Positions 21,141-40,500 of a stretch of 64,000 bases of DNA are shown in pieces. The first letter of the stretch is position 1; every line of letters begins with the position of its first letter. The notes under the pieces were generated by a model, which was not told the DNA's origin, ran no database searches, and saw only the letters and a program-made list of their open reading frames with translations. The stretch comes from the human T2T-CHM13v2.0 reference genome, Homo sapiens. A program made the position numbers and the translations under genes. The stretch lies in assembly GCF_009914755.1 (NCBI RefSeq), contig NC_060948.1; one strand, given 5' to 3'.

Positions 21141-23245
21141 AGATCCATATTTTTTAAATGAAAAAAAATTTCAAAGGTACTCTGCTTGGTACAATAATCA
21201 AATGTATAAACTGAGGAATAAAACATAACCATGAAACCTACTTATAACTGCATATGGAAAATACAGAGGATAATTTTTTAAATAACATATTTTGAAAGCC
21301 TTAACTAGTAATTTGAAGAGTTGGCATTTGAAAGGCCAGTATGAATATACCTTCAAAGCAGCAACACAGGTTCCCCATGAGAAAAAGCAAACACAGGGAA
21401 AATAAAAACACAAAGGTTCAATCTCTTCTGACCTTTGAAAGACACAGCACAGACAGTGGTCCTTAGGACGAAGAGCAGGAGACCCCTAATTCCGTCACCA
21501 TGGCGATAGGGCATAAACATTGCTGGGTGAGGGCACAATCCACATTGTGAGGTCCAACTGCTGCCAGGAAGACAGGAGTGCTTTTACATAGACCGAAAGG
21601 TCATTGAAGGCTCAGAGTTTTGTTTCAAGAACTGAATCCCAAGCCCACACGTTATTAGGCTGCGCTTCTTAAAACAAGTTATGAGATGGGAAAAAGGGCA
21701 CCCACAAACATACGTATACATTATGTATATAATAATATACAGTATCATATATATACTATATATGACCTATGTATAATATTGTTTTACATCCTGCATCTTA
21801 TGTTATATATATTGTATAAAATATAATAATTGATAATATATAAGTTTTATAAATATACAATATGACATATAGTATATATTATAATTTATGACATATATAA
21901 TATATGTTATATGTCATATATAGAATATATTATACGGTTAATATACGTATTAAATATAAATTATACATTATATATATTATATATAATATATCTGTTATAT
22001 ATAATACCCATTATGCATAATATATATATTATGTCTATGTTATATATAGTATAAAACAACATATAATAATATATAATTGTATATATAAAATGCGACATAT
22101 AATATATATTATATTTTATAACATATGTAATATATATTATATATTATATATAATACGTTGTATGTATAATACCTATATTAAATATATATTATATGACTAT
22201 GTTATTAATTACATGTCACATGTGTTATATATTATATATTTTACATAGAATATACCGGTTACATACAATATATACTATGTTACCTATAATGTATAATTTA
22301 TTACATGTAAAATAAAGAATGCAATATATTATGTATAATTTATAATATACCATATGTGGAATGTGATATATATAACATATAATATATGATATATGATATA
22401 CAGTATATGATATATAACATACAATATATGATTCCTAATATATATTGTATACAATATATATTTTATGATATGTATTCTATATGTTTTATATTCTGTTATA
22501 TATAACTATTTGAAATTATATATAACTGTATAATATTTTATGTAAATATGTAATATAATATATATAACTATATAATATATTACATATAACTATATATTAT
22601 GTTATATATACTTTTATAACATAATTTACATAAAATATCATAATGTAATATATATTATATTATTTCATATTACATAATATATATTACATATCACCCAATA
22701 TAACTAACATACATAATATTATAATATAGATTATATTGTGTTATATTAAATATCATATATATCATGTATCATATATTCTATAATATATATTACACATTAT
22801 ATAATATGTATGTTGTCTATTATGTGATATATATAACTATATATATAATTATATTTTTATACATATAACTAGATAAACATGTAATTCTACATATTTTCAT
22901 TTATAATATGTAGAATTATATAATCATATATAATTATTTATATTCTATAAAAAATTTTATCATTATATAAATTATAATATATAAAAATTATAATATGTAC
23001 TACAAATATATATATTATATATCATATATGATATAGTACCTTTGTTATATATCATAATACATATAAATGTGTATTATGTTATCTATAATTATATAATTTC
23101 ATATATAAGATGTATAATATGTATCATATATTATATATGTTATGTAATATATATAGTATATATAAGATGACACAGGATAAATATTATATACTATGACATA
23201 TAAAATATATGAGGTTATATGTTACATATAAGGCATAGCACATAA

Positions 23246-23560
<315 letters not shown>

Positions 23561-25665
23561 AGATCCATATTTTTTAAATGAAAAAAAATTTCAAACGTAC
23601 TCTGCTTGGTACAATAATCAAATGTATAAACTGAGGAATAAAACATAACCATGAAACCTACTTATAACTGCATATGGAAACTACAGAGGATAATTTTTTA
23701 AATAACATATTTTGAAAGCCTTAACTAGTAATTTGAAGAGTTGGCATTTGAAAGGCCAGTATGAATATACCTTCAAAGCAGCAACACAGGTTCCCCATGA
23801 GAAAAAGCAAACACAGGGAAAATAAAAACACAAAGGTTCAATCTCTTCTGACCTTTGAAAGACACAGCACAGACAGTGGTCCTTAGGACGAAGAGCAGGA
23901 GACCCCTAATTCCGTCACCATGGCGATAGGGCATAAACATTGCTGGGTGAGGGCACAATCCACATTGTGAGGTCCAACTGCTGCCAGGAAGACAGGAGTG
24001 CTTTTACATAGAACGAAAGGTCATTGAAGGCTCAGAGTTTTGTTTCAAGAACTGAATCCCAAGCCCACACGTTATTAGGCTGCGCTTCTTAAAACAAGTT
24101 ATGAGATGGGAAAAAGGGCACCCACAAACATACGTATACATTATGTATATAATAATATACAGTATCATATATATAATATATATAACCTATGTATAATATT
24201 GTTTTACATTCTGCATCTTATGTTATATATATTGTATAAAATATAATAATTGATAATATGTAAGTTTTATAATTATACAATATGACATATAGTATATATT
24301 ATAATTTATGACATATATAATATACGTTATATATCATATATAGAATATATTATACGGTTAATATACGTATTAAATATAAATTATACGTTATATATATTAT
24401 ATATAATATATCTGTTATATATAATACCCATTATGCATAATATATATATTATGTCTATGTTATATATAGTATAAAACAACATATAATAATATATAATTGT
24501 ATATATAAAATGCGACATATAATATATATTATATTTTATAACATATGTAATATATATTATATATTATATATAATACGTTGTATGTATAATACCTATATTA
24601 AATATATATTATATGACTATGTTATTAATTACATGTCACATGTGTTATATATTATATATTTTACATAGAATATACTGGTTACATACAATATATACTATGT
24701 TACCTATAATGTATAATTTATTACATGTAAAATAAAGAATGCAATATATTATGTATAATTTATAATATACCATATGTGGAATGTGATATATATAACATAT
24801 AATATATGATATATGATATACAGTATATGATATATAACATACGATATATGATTCCTAATATGTACGCTATACAATATATATTTTATGATATGTATTCTAT
24901 ATGTTTTATATTCTGTTATATATAACTATTTGAAATTATATATAACTGTATAATATTTTATGTAAATATGTAATATAATATATATAACTATATAATATAT
25001 TATATATAACTATATATTATGTTATATATACTTTTATAACATAATTTACATAAAATATCATAATATAATACATATTATATTATTTCATATTACATAATAT
25101 ATATTACATATCACCCAATATAACTAACATACATAATATTATAATATAGATTATATTGTGTTATATTAAATATCATATATATCATGTATCATATATTCTA
25201 TAATATATATTACACATTATATAATATGTATGTTGTCTATTATGTGATATATATAACTATATATATAATTATATTTTTATACATATAACTAGATAAACAT
25301 GTAATTCTACATATTTTCATTTATAATATGTAGAAATATATAATCATATATAATTATTTATATTCTATAAAAATTTTTATCATTATATAAATTATAATAT
25401 ATAAAAATTATAATATGTACTACAAATATATATATTATATATCATATATGATATAGTACCTTTGTTATATATCATAATACATATAAATGTGTATTATGTT
25501 ATCTATAATTATATAATTTCATATATAAGATGTATAATATGTATCATATATTATATATGTTATGTAATATATATAGTATATATAAGATGACACAGGATAA
25601 ATATTATATACTATGACATATAAAATATATCAGGTTATATGTTACATATAAGGCATAGCACATAA

Positions 25666-25980
<315 letters not shown>

Positions 25981-28085
25981 AGATCCATATTTTTTAAATG
26001 AAAAAAAATTTCAAAGGTACTCTGCTTGGTACAATAATCAAATGTATAAACTGAGGAGTAAAACATAACCATGAAACCTACTTATAACTGCATATGGAAA
26101 ATACAGAGGATAATTTTTTAAATAACATATTTTGAAAGCCTTAACTAGTAATTTGAAGAGCTGGCATTTGAAAGGCCAGTATGAATATACCTTCAAATCA
26201 GCAACACAGGTTCCCCATGAGAAAAAGCAAACACAGGGAAAATAAAAACACAAAGGTTCAATCTCTTCTGACCTTTGAAAGACACAGCACAGACAGTGGT
26301 CCTTAGGACGAAGAGCAGGAGACCCCTAATTCCGTCACCATGGCGATAGGGCATAAACATTGCTGGGTGAGGGCACAATCCACATTGTGAGGTCCAACTG
26401 CTGCCAGGAAGACAGGAGTGCTTTTACATAGACCGAAAGGTCATTGAAGGCTCAGAGTTTTGTTTCAAGAACTGAATCCCAAGCCCACACGTTATTAGGC
26501 TGCGCTTCTTAAAACAAGTTATGAGATGGGAAAAAGGGCACCCACAAACATACGTATACATTATGTATATAATAATATACAGTGTCATATATTTAATATA
26601 TATAACCTATGTATAATATTGTTTTACATCCTGCATCTTATGTTATATATATTGTATAAAATATAATAATTGATAATATATAAGTTTTATAATTATACAA
26701 TATGACATATAGTATATATTATAATTTATGACATATATAATATATGTTATATGTCATATATAGAATATATTATACGGTTAATATACGTATTAAATATAAA
26801 TTATACATTATATATATTATATATAATATATCTGTTATATATAATACCCATTATGCATAATATATATATTATGTCTATGTTATATATAGTATAAAACAAC
26901 ATATAATAATATATAATTGTATATATAAAATGCGACATATAATATATATTATATTTTATAACATATGTAATATATATTATATATTATATATAATACGTTG
27001 TATGTATAATACCTATATTAAATATATATTATATGACTATGTTATTAATTACATGTCACATGTGTTATATATTATATATTTTACATAGAATATACCGGTT
27101 ACATACAATATATACTATGTTACCTATAATGTATAATTTATTACATGTAAAATAAAGAATGCAATATATTATGTATAATTTATAATATACCATATGTGGA
27201 ATGTGATATATATAACATATAATATATGATATATGATATACAGTATATGATATATAACATACAATATATGATTCCTAATATATATGGTATACAATATATA
27301 TTTTATGATATGTATTCTATATGTTTTATATTCTGTTATATATAACTATTTGAAATTATATATAACTGTATAATATTTTATGTAAATATGTAATATAATA
27401 TATATAACTATATAATATATTACATATAACTATATATTATGTTATATATACTTTTATAACATAATTTACATAAAATATCATAATGTAATATATATTATAT
27501 TATTTCATATTACATAATATATATTACATATCACCCAATATAACTAACATACATAATATTATAATATAGATTATATTGTGTTATATTAAATATCATATAT
27601 ATCATGTATCATATATTCTATAATATATATTACACATTATATAATATGTATGTTGTCTATTATGTGATATATATAACTATATATATAATTATATTTTTAT
27701 ACATATAACTAGATAAACATGTAATTCTACATATTTTCATTTATAATATGTAGAATTATATAATCATATATAATTATTTATATTCTATAAAAAATTTTAT
27801 CATTATATAAATTATAATATATAAAAATTATAATATGTACTACAAATATATATATTATATATCATATATGATATAGTACCTTTGTTATATATCATAATAC
27901 ATATAAATGTGTATTATGTTATCTATAATTATATAATTTCATATATAAGATGTATAATATGTATCATATATTATATATGTTATGTAATATATATAGTATA
28001 TATAAGATGACACAGGATAAATATTATATACTATGACATATAAAATATATGAGGTTATATGTTACATATAAGGCATAGCACATAA

Positions 28086-28400
<315 letters not shown>

Positions 28401-30505
28401 AGATCCATATTTTTTAAATGAAAAAAAATTTCAAAGGTACTCTGCTTGGTACAATAATCAAATGTATAAACTGAGGAATAAAACATAACCATGAAACCTA
28501 CTTATAACTGCATATGGAAAATACAGAGGATAATTTTTTAAATAACATATTTTGAAAGCCTTAACTAGTAATTTGAAGAGCTGGCATTTGAAAGGCCAGT
28601 ATGAATATACCTTCAAATCAGCAACACAGGTTCCCCATGAGAAAAAGCAAACACAGGGAAAATAAAAACACAAAGGTTCAATCTCTTCTGACCTTTGAAA
28701 GACACAGCACAGACAGTGGTCCTTAGGACGAAGAGCAGGAGACCCCTAATTCCGTCACCATGGCGATAGGGCATAAACATTGCTGGGTGAGGGCACAATC
28801 CACATTGTGAGGTCCAACTGCTGCCAGGAAGACAGGAGTGCTTTTACATAGACCGAAAGGTCATTGAAGGCTCAGAGTTTTGTTTCAAGAACTGAATCCC
28901 AAGCCCACACGTTATTAGGCTGCGCTTCTTAAAACAAGTTATGAGATGGGAAAAAGGGCACCCACAAACATACGTATACATTATGTATATAATAATATAC
29001 AGTATCATATATATAATATATATAACCTATGTATAATATTGTTTTACATCCTGCATCTTATGTTATATATATTGTATAAAATATAATAATTGATAATATA
29101 TAAGTTTTATAATTATACAATATGACATATAGTATATATTATAATTTATGACATATATAATATATGTTATATATCATATGTAGAATATATTATACGGTTA
29201 ATATACGTATTAAATATAAATTATACATTATATATATTATATATAATATATCTGTTATATATAATACCCATTATGCATAATATATATATTATGTCTATGT
29301 TATATATAGTATAAAACAACATATAATAATATATAATTGTATATATAAAATGCGACATATAATATATATTATATTTTATAACATATGTAATATATATTAT
29401 ATATTATATATAATACGTTGTATGTATAATACCTATATTAAATATATATTATATGACTATGTTATTAATTACATGTCACATGTGTTATATATTATATATT
29501 TTACATAGAATATACCGGTTACATACAATATATACTATGTTACCTATAATGTGTAATTTAGTACATGTAAAATAAAGAATGCAATATATTATGTATAATT
29601 TATAATATACAATATGTGGAATGTGATATATATAACATATAATATATGATATATGATATACAGTATATGATATATAACATACAATATATGATTCCTAATA
29701 TATATGGTATACAATATATATTTTATGATATGTATTCTATATGTTTTATATTCTGTTATATATAACTATTTGAAATTATATATAACTGTATAATATTTTA
29801 TGTAAATATGTAATATAATATATATAACTATATAATATATTATAGATAACTATATATTATGTTATATATACTTTTATAACATAATTTACATAAAATATCA
29901 TAATATAATATATATTATATTATTTCATATTACATAATATATATTACATATCACCCAATATAACTAACATACATAATATTATAATATAGATTATATTGTG
30001 TTATATTAAATATCATATATATCATGTATCATATATTCTATAATATATATTACACATTATATAATATGTATGTTGTCTATTATGTGATATATATAACTAT
30101 ATATATAATTATATTTTTATACATACAACTAGATAAACATGTAATTCTACATATTTTCATTTATAATATGTAGAATTATATAATCATATATAATTATTTA
30201 TATTCTATAAAAAATTTTATCATTATATAAATTATAATATATAAAAATTATAATATGTACTACAAATATATATATTATATATCATATATGATATAGTACC
30301 TTTGTTATATATCATAATACATATAAATGTGTATTATGTTATCTATAATTATATAATTTCATATATAAGATGTATAATATGTATCATATATTATATATGT
30401 TATGTAATATATATAGTATATATAAGATGACACAGGATAAATATTATATACTATGACATATAAAATATATCAGGTTATATGTTACATATAAGGCATAGCA
30501 CATAA

Positions 30506-30820
<315 letters not shown>

Positions 30821-32948
30821 AGATCCATATTTTTTAAATGAAAAAAAATTTCAAAGGTACTCTGCTTGGTACAATAATCAAATGTATAAACTGAGGAATA
30901 AAACATAACCATGAAACCTACTTATAACTGCATATGGAAAATACAGAGGATAATTTTTTAAATAACATATTTTGAAAGCCTTAACTAGTAATTTGAAGAG
31001 CTGGCATTTGAAAGGCCAGTATGAATATACCTTCAAATCAGCAACACAGGTTCCCCATGAGAAAAAGCAAACACAGGGAAAATAAAAACACAAAGGTTCA
31101 ATCTCTTCTGACCTTTGAAAGACACAGCACAGACAGTGGTCCTTAGGACGAAGAGCAGGAGACCCCTAATTCCGTCACCATGGCGATAGGGCATAAACAT
31201 TGCTGGGTGAGGGCACAATCCACATTGTGAGGTCCAACTGCTGCCAGGAAGACAGGAGTGCTTTTACATAGACCGAAAGGTCATTGAAGGCTCAGAGTTT
31301 TGTTTCAAGAACTGAATCCCAAGCCCACACGTTATTAGGCTGCGCTTCTTAAAACAAGTTATGAGATGGGAAAAAGGGCACCCACAAACATACGTATACA
31401 TTATGTATATAATAATATACAGTATCATATATATAATATATATAACCTATGTATAATATTGTTTTACATCCTGCATCTTATGTTATATATATTGTATAAA
31501 ATATAATAATTGATAATATATAAGTTTTATAATTATACAATATGACATATAGTATATATTATAATTTATGACATATATAATATATGTTATATATCATATG
31601 TAGAATATATTATACGGTTAATATACGTATTAAATATAAATTATACATTATATATATTATATATAATATATCTGTTATATATAATACCCATTATGCATAA
31701 TATATATATTATGTCTATGTTATATATAGTATAAAACAACATATAATAATATATAATTGTATATATAAAATGCGACATATAATATATATTATATTTTATA
31801 ACATATGTAATATATATTATATATTATATATAATACGTTGTATGTATAATACCTATATTAAATATATATTATATGACTATGTTATTAATTACATGTCACA
31901 TGTGTTATATATTATATATTTTACATGGAATATACCGGTTACATACAATATATACTATGTTACCTATAATGTGTAATTTATTACATGTAAAATAAAGAAT
32001 GCAATATATTATGTATAATTTATAATATACAATATGTGGAATGTGATATATATAACATATAATATATGATATATGATATACAGTATATGATATATAACAT
32101 ACAATATATGATTCCTAATATATATGGTATACAATATATATTTTATGATATGTATTCTATATGTTTTATATTCTGTTATATATAACTATTTGAAATTATA
32201 TATAACTGTATAATATTTTATGTAAATATGTAATATAATATATATAACTATATAATATATTATAGATAACTATATATTATGTTATATATACTTTTATAAC
32301 ATAATTTACATAAAATATCATAATATAATATATATTATATTATTTCATATTACATAATATATATTACATATCACCCAATATAACTAACATACATAATATT
32401 ATAATATAGATTATATTGTGTTATATTAAATATCATATATATCATGTATCATATATTCTATAATATATATTACACATTATATAATATGTATGTTGTCTAT
32501 TATGTGATATATATAACTATATATATAATTATATTTTTATACATATAACTAGATAAACATGTAATTCTACATATTTTCATTTATAATATGTAGAATTATA
32601 TAATCATATATAATTATTTATATTCTATAAAAAATTTTATCATTATATAAATTATAATATATAAAAATTATAATATGTACTACAAATATATATATTATAT
32701 ATCATATATGATATAGTACCTTTGTTATATATCATAATACATATAAATGTGTATTATGTTATCTATAATTATATAATTTCATATATAAGATGTATAATAT
32801 GTATCATATATTATATATGTTATGTAATATATATAGTATATATAAGATGACACAGGATAAATATTATATACTATGACATATAAAATATATCAGGTTATAT
32901 GTTACATATAAGGCATAGCACATAACATGTAATATGTATCATATATAA

Positions 32949-33240
32949 TTTTTTTTTAGACAGAATCTTGTCCTGTTGCACAGGGTGGGGTACAATGGCG
33001 CCATCTTTGCTCACTGCAACTTCTGCCTCATGGGTCCAAGCGATTGTCCTCCCTCAGCCTCCCAGGTAGCTGGGACTACACCACACTGGGACTACACCAG
33101 CTGCCACCATGCCTAGCTAATTTTTTGTATTTTTAGTAGTGACAGCGTTTCACTGTATTGGCCAGGATGGTCTTGATCTCTTCACCTTGTGATCCCCTTG
33201 CCTTGGCCTCCAAATTTGCTGGGATTACAGGCCTGAGCCA
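32949..33240 (-). mobile_element. Diverged Alu (u14 copy)
   Basis: Same Alu hallmarks as u1. Confidence 0.95.
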
Positions 33241-35345
33241 AGATCCATATTTTTTAAATGAAAAAAAATTTCAAAGGTACTCTGCTTGGTACAATAATCA
33301 AATGTATAAACTGAGGAATAAAACATAACCATGAAACCTACTTATAACTGCATATGGAAAATACAGAGGATAATTTTTTAAATAACATATTTTGAAAGCC
33401 TTAACTAGTAAATTGAAGAGTTGGCATTTGAAAGGCCAGTATGAATATACCTTCAAAGCAGCAACACAGGTTCCCCATGAGAAAAAGCAAACACAGGGAA
33501 AATAAAAACACAAAGGTTCAATCTCTTCTGACCTTTGAAAGACACAGCACAGACAGTGGTCCTTAGGACGAAGAGCAGGAGACCCCTAATTCCGTCACCA
33601 TGGCGATAGGGCATAAACATTGCTGGGTGAGGGCACAATCCACATTGTGAGGTCCAACTGCTGCCAGGAAGACAGGAGTGCTTTTACATAGACCGAAAGG
33701 TCATTGAAGGCTCAGAGTTTTGTTTCAAGAACTGAATCCCAAGCCCACACGTTATTAGGCTGCGCTTCTTAAAACAACTTATGAGATGGGAAAAAGGGCA
33801 CCCACAAACATACGTATACATTATGTATATAATAATATACAGTATCATATATATAATATATATAACCTATGTATAATATTGTTTTACATCCTGCATCTTA
33901 TGTTATATATATTGTATAAAATATAATAATTGATAATATATAAGTTTTATAATTATACAATATGACATATAGTATATATTATAATTTATGACATATATAA
34001 TATATGTTATATATCATATGTAGAATATATTATACGGTTAATATACGTATTAAATATAAATTATACATTATATATATTATATATAATATATCTGTTATAT
34101 ATAATACCCATTATGCATAATATATATATTATGTCTATGTTATATATAGTATAAAACAACATATAATAATATATAATTGTATATATAAAATGCGACATAT
34201 AATATATATTATATTTTATAACATATGTAATATATATTATATATTATATATAATACGTTGTATGTATAATACCTATATTAAATATATATTATATGACTAT
34301 GTTATTAATTACATGTCACATGTGTTATATATTATATATTTTACATAGAATATACCGGTTACATACAATATATACTATGTTACCTATAATGTGTAATTTA
34401 TTACATGTAAAATAAAGAATGCAATATATTATGTATAATTTATAATATACAATATGTGGAATGTGATATATATAACATATAATATATGATATATGATATA
34501 CAGTATATGATATATAACATACAATATATGATTCCTAATATATATGGTATACAATATATATTTTATGATATGTATTCTATATGTTTTATATTCTGTTATA
34601 TATAACTATTTGAAATTATATATAACTGTATAATATTTTATGTAAATATGTAATATAATATGTATAACTATATAATATATTATAGATAACTATATATTAT
34701 GTTATATATACTTTTATAACATAATTTACATAAAATATCATAATATAATATATATTATATTATTTCATATTACATAATATATATTACATATCACCCAATA
34801 TAACTAACATACATAATATTATAACATAGATTATATTGTGTTATATTAAATATCATATATATCATTTATCATATATTCTATAATATATATTACACATTAT
34901 ATAATATGTATGTTGTCTATTATGTGATATATATAACTATATATATAATTATATTTTTATACATATAACTAGATAAACATGTAATTCTACATATTTTCAT
35001 TTATAATATGTAGAATTATATAATCATATATAATTATTTATATTCTATAAAAAATTTTATCATTATATAAATTATAATATATAAAAATTATAATATGTAC
35101 TACAAATATATATATTATATATCATATATGATATAGTACCTTTGTTATATTTCATAATACATATAAATGTGTATTATGTTATCTATAATTATATAATTTC
35201 ATATAAAAGATGTATAATATGTATCATATATTATATATGTTATGTAATATATATAGTATATATAAGATGACACAGGATAAATATTATATACTATGACATA
35301 TAAAATATATCAGGTTATATGTTACATATAAGGCATAGCACATAA

Positions 35346-35660
<315 letters not shown>

Positions 35661-37765
35661 AGATCCATATTTTTTAAATGAAAAAAAATTTCAAAGGTAC
35701 TCTGCTTGGTACAATAATCAAATGTATAAACTGAGGAATAAAACATAACCATGAAACCTACTTATAACTGCATATGGAAAATACAGAGGATAATTTTTTA
35801 AATAACATATTTTGAAAGCCTTAACTAGTAATTTGAAGAGCTGGCATTTGAAAGGCCAGTATGAATATACCTTCAAATCAGCAACACAGGTTCCCCATGA
35901 GAAAAAGCAAACACAGGGAAAATAAAAACACAAAGGTTCAATCTCTTCTGACCTTTGAAAGACACAGCACAGACAGTGGTCCTTAGGACGAAGAGCAGGA
36001 GACCCCTAATTCCGTCACCATGGCGATAGGGCATAAACATTGCTGGGTGAGGGCACAATCCACATTGTGAGGTCCAACTGCTGCCAGGAAGACAGGAGTG
36101 CTTTTACATAGACCGAAAGGTCATTGAAGGCTCAGAGTTTTGTTTCAAGAACTGAATCCCAAGCCCACACGTTATTAGGCTGCGCTTCTTAAAACAAGTT
36201 ATGAGATGGGAAAAAGGGCACCCACAAACATACGTATACATTATGTATATAATAATATACAGTGTCATATATTTAATATATATAACCTATGTATAATATT
36301 GTTTTACATCCTGCATCTTATGTTATATATATTGTATAAAATATAATAATTGATAATATATAAGTTTTATAATTATACAATATGACATATAGTATATATT
36401 ATAATTTATGACATATATAATATATGTTATATGTCATATATAGAATATATTATACGGTTAATATACGTATTAAATATAAATTATACATTATATATATTAT
36501 ATATAATATATCTGTTATATATAATACCCATTATGCATAATATATATATTATGTCTATGTTATATATAGTATAAAACAACATATAATAATATATAATTGT
36601 ATATATAAAATGCGACATATAATATATATTATATTTTATAACATATGTAATATATATTATATATTATATATAATACGTTGTATGTATAATACCTATATTA
36701 AATATATATTATATGACTATGTTATTAATTACATGTCACATGTGTTATATATTATATAGTTTACATAGAATATACCGGTTACATACAATATATACTATGT
36801 TACCTATAATGTATAATTTATTACATGTAAAATAAAGAATGCAATATATTATGTATAATTTATAATATACCATATGTGGAATGTGATATATATAACATAT
36901 AATATATGATATATGATATACAGTATATGATATATAACATACAATATATGATTCCTAATATATATTGTATACAATATATATTTTATGATATGTATTCTAT
37001 ATGTTTTATATTCTGTTATATATAACTATTTGAAATTATATATAACTGTATAATATTTTATGTAAATATGTAATATAATATATATAACTATATAATATAT
37101 TACATATAACTATATATTATGTTATATATACTTTTATAACATAATTTACATAAAATATCATAATGTAATATATATTATATTATTTCATATTACATAATAT
37201 ATATTACATATCACCCAATATAACTAACATACATAATATTATAATATAGATTATATTGTGTTATATTAAATATCATATATATCATGTATCATATATTATA
37301 TAATATATATTACACATTATATAATATGTATGTTGTCTATTATGTGATATATATAACTATATATATAATTATATTTTTATACATATAACTAGATAAACAT
37401 GTAATTCTACATATTTTCATTTATAATATGTAGAATTATATAATCATATATAATTATTTATATTCTATAAAAAATTTTATCATTATATAAATTATAATAT
37501 ATAAAAATTATAATATGTACTACAAATATATATATTATATATCATATATGATATAGTACCTTTGTTATATATCATAATACATATAAATGTGTATTATGTT
37601 ATCTATAATTATATAATTTCATATATAAGATGTATAATATGTATCATATATTATATATGTTATGTAATATATATAGTATATATAAGATGACACAGGATAA
37701 ATATTATATACTATGACATATAAAATATATGAGGTTATATGTTACATATAAGGCATAGCACATAA

Positions 37766-38080
<315 letters not shown>

Positions 38081-40185
38081 AGATCCATATTTTTTAAATG
38101 AAAAAAAATTTCAAAGGTACTCTGCTTGGTACAATAATCAAATGTATAAACTGAGGAATAAAACATAACCATGAAACCTACTTATAACTGCATATGGAAA
38201 ATACAGAGGATAATTTTTTAAATAACATATTTTGAAAGCCTTAACTAGTAATTTGAAGAGCTGGCATTTGAAAGGCCAGTATGAATATACCTTCAAATCA
38301 GCAACACAGGTTCCCCATGAGAAAAAGCAAACACAGGGAAAATAAAAACACAAAGGTTCAATCTCTTCTGACCTTTGAAAGACACAGCACAGACAGTGGT
38401 CCTTAGGACGAAGAGCAGGAGACCCCTAATTCCGTCACCATGACGATAGGGCATAAACATTGCTGGGTGAGGGCACAATCCACATTGTGAGGTCCAACTG
38501 CTGCCAGGAAGACAGGAGTGCTTTTACATAGACCGAAAGGTCATTGAAGGCTCAGAGTTTTGTTTCAAGAACTGAATCCCAAGCCCACACGTTATTAGGC
38601 TGCGCTTCTTAAAACAAGTTATGAGATGGGAAAAAGGGCACCCACAAACATACGTATACATTATGTATATAATAATATACAGTATCATATATATAATATA
38701 TATAACCTATGTATAATATTGTTTTACATCCTGCATCTTATGTTATATATATTGTATAAAATATAATAATTGATAATATATAAGTTTTATAATTATACAA
38801 TATGACATATAGTATATATTATAATTTATGACATATATAATATATGTTATATATCATATGTAGAATATATTATACGGTTAATATACGTATTAAATATAAA
38901 TTATACATTATATATATTATATATAATATATCTGTTATATATAATACCCATTATGCATAATATATATATTATGTCTATGTTATATATAGTATAAAACAAC
39001 ATATAATAATATATAATTGTATATATAAAATGCGACATATAATATATATTATATTTTATAACATATGTAATATATATTATATATTATATATAATACGTTG
39101 TATGTATAATACCTATATTAAATATATATTATATGACTATGTTATTAATTACATGTCACATGTGTTATATATTATATATTTTACATAGAATATACCGGTT
39201 ACATACAATATATACTATGTTACCTATAATGTGTAATTTATTACATGTAAAATAAAGAATGCAATATATTATGTATAATTTATAATATACAATATGTGGA
39301 ATGTGATATATATAACATATAATATATGATATATGATATACAGTATATGATATATAACATACAATATATGATTCCTAATATATATGGTATACAATATATA
39401 TTTTATGATATGTATTCTATATGTTTTATATTCTGTTATATATAACTATTTGAAATTATATATAACTGTATAATATTTTATGTAAATATGTAATATAATA
39501 TATATAACTATATAATATATCATAGATAACTATATATTATGTTATATATACTTTTATAACATAATTTACATAAAATATCATAATATAATATATATTATAT
39601 TATTTCATATTACATAATATATATTACATATCACCCAATATAACTAACATACATAATATTATAACATAGATTATATTGTGTTATATTAAATATCATATAT
39701 ATCATTTATCATATATTCTATAATATATATTACACATTATATAATATGTATGTTGTCTATTATGTGATATATATAACTATATATATAATTATATTTTTAT
39801 ACATATAACTAGATAAACATGTAATTCTACATATTTTCATTTATAATATGTAGAATTATATAATCATATATAATTATTTATATTCTATAAAAAATTTTAT
39901 CATTATATAAATTATAATATATAAAAATTATAATATGTACTACAAATATATATATTATATATCATATATGATATAGTACCTTTGTTATATATCATAATAC
40001 ATATAAATGTGTATTATGTTATCTATAATTATATAATTTCATATAAAAGATGTATAATATGTATCATATATTATATATGTTATGTAATATATATAGTATA
40101 TATAAGATGACACAGGATAAATATTATATACTATGACATATAAAATATATCAGGTTATATGTTACATATAAGGCATAGCACATAA

Positions 40186-40500
<315 letters not shown>
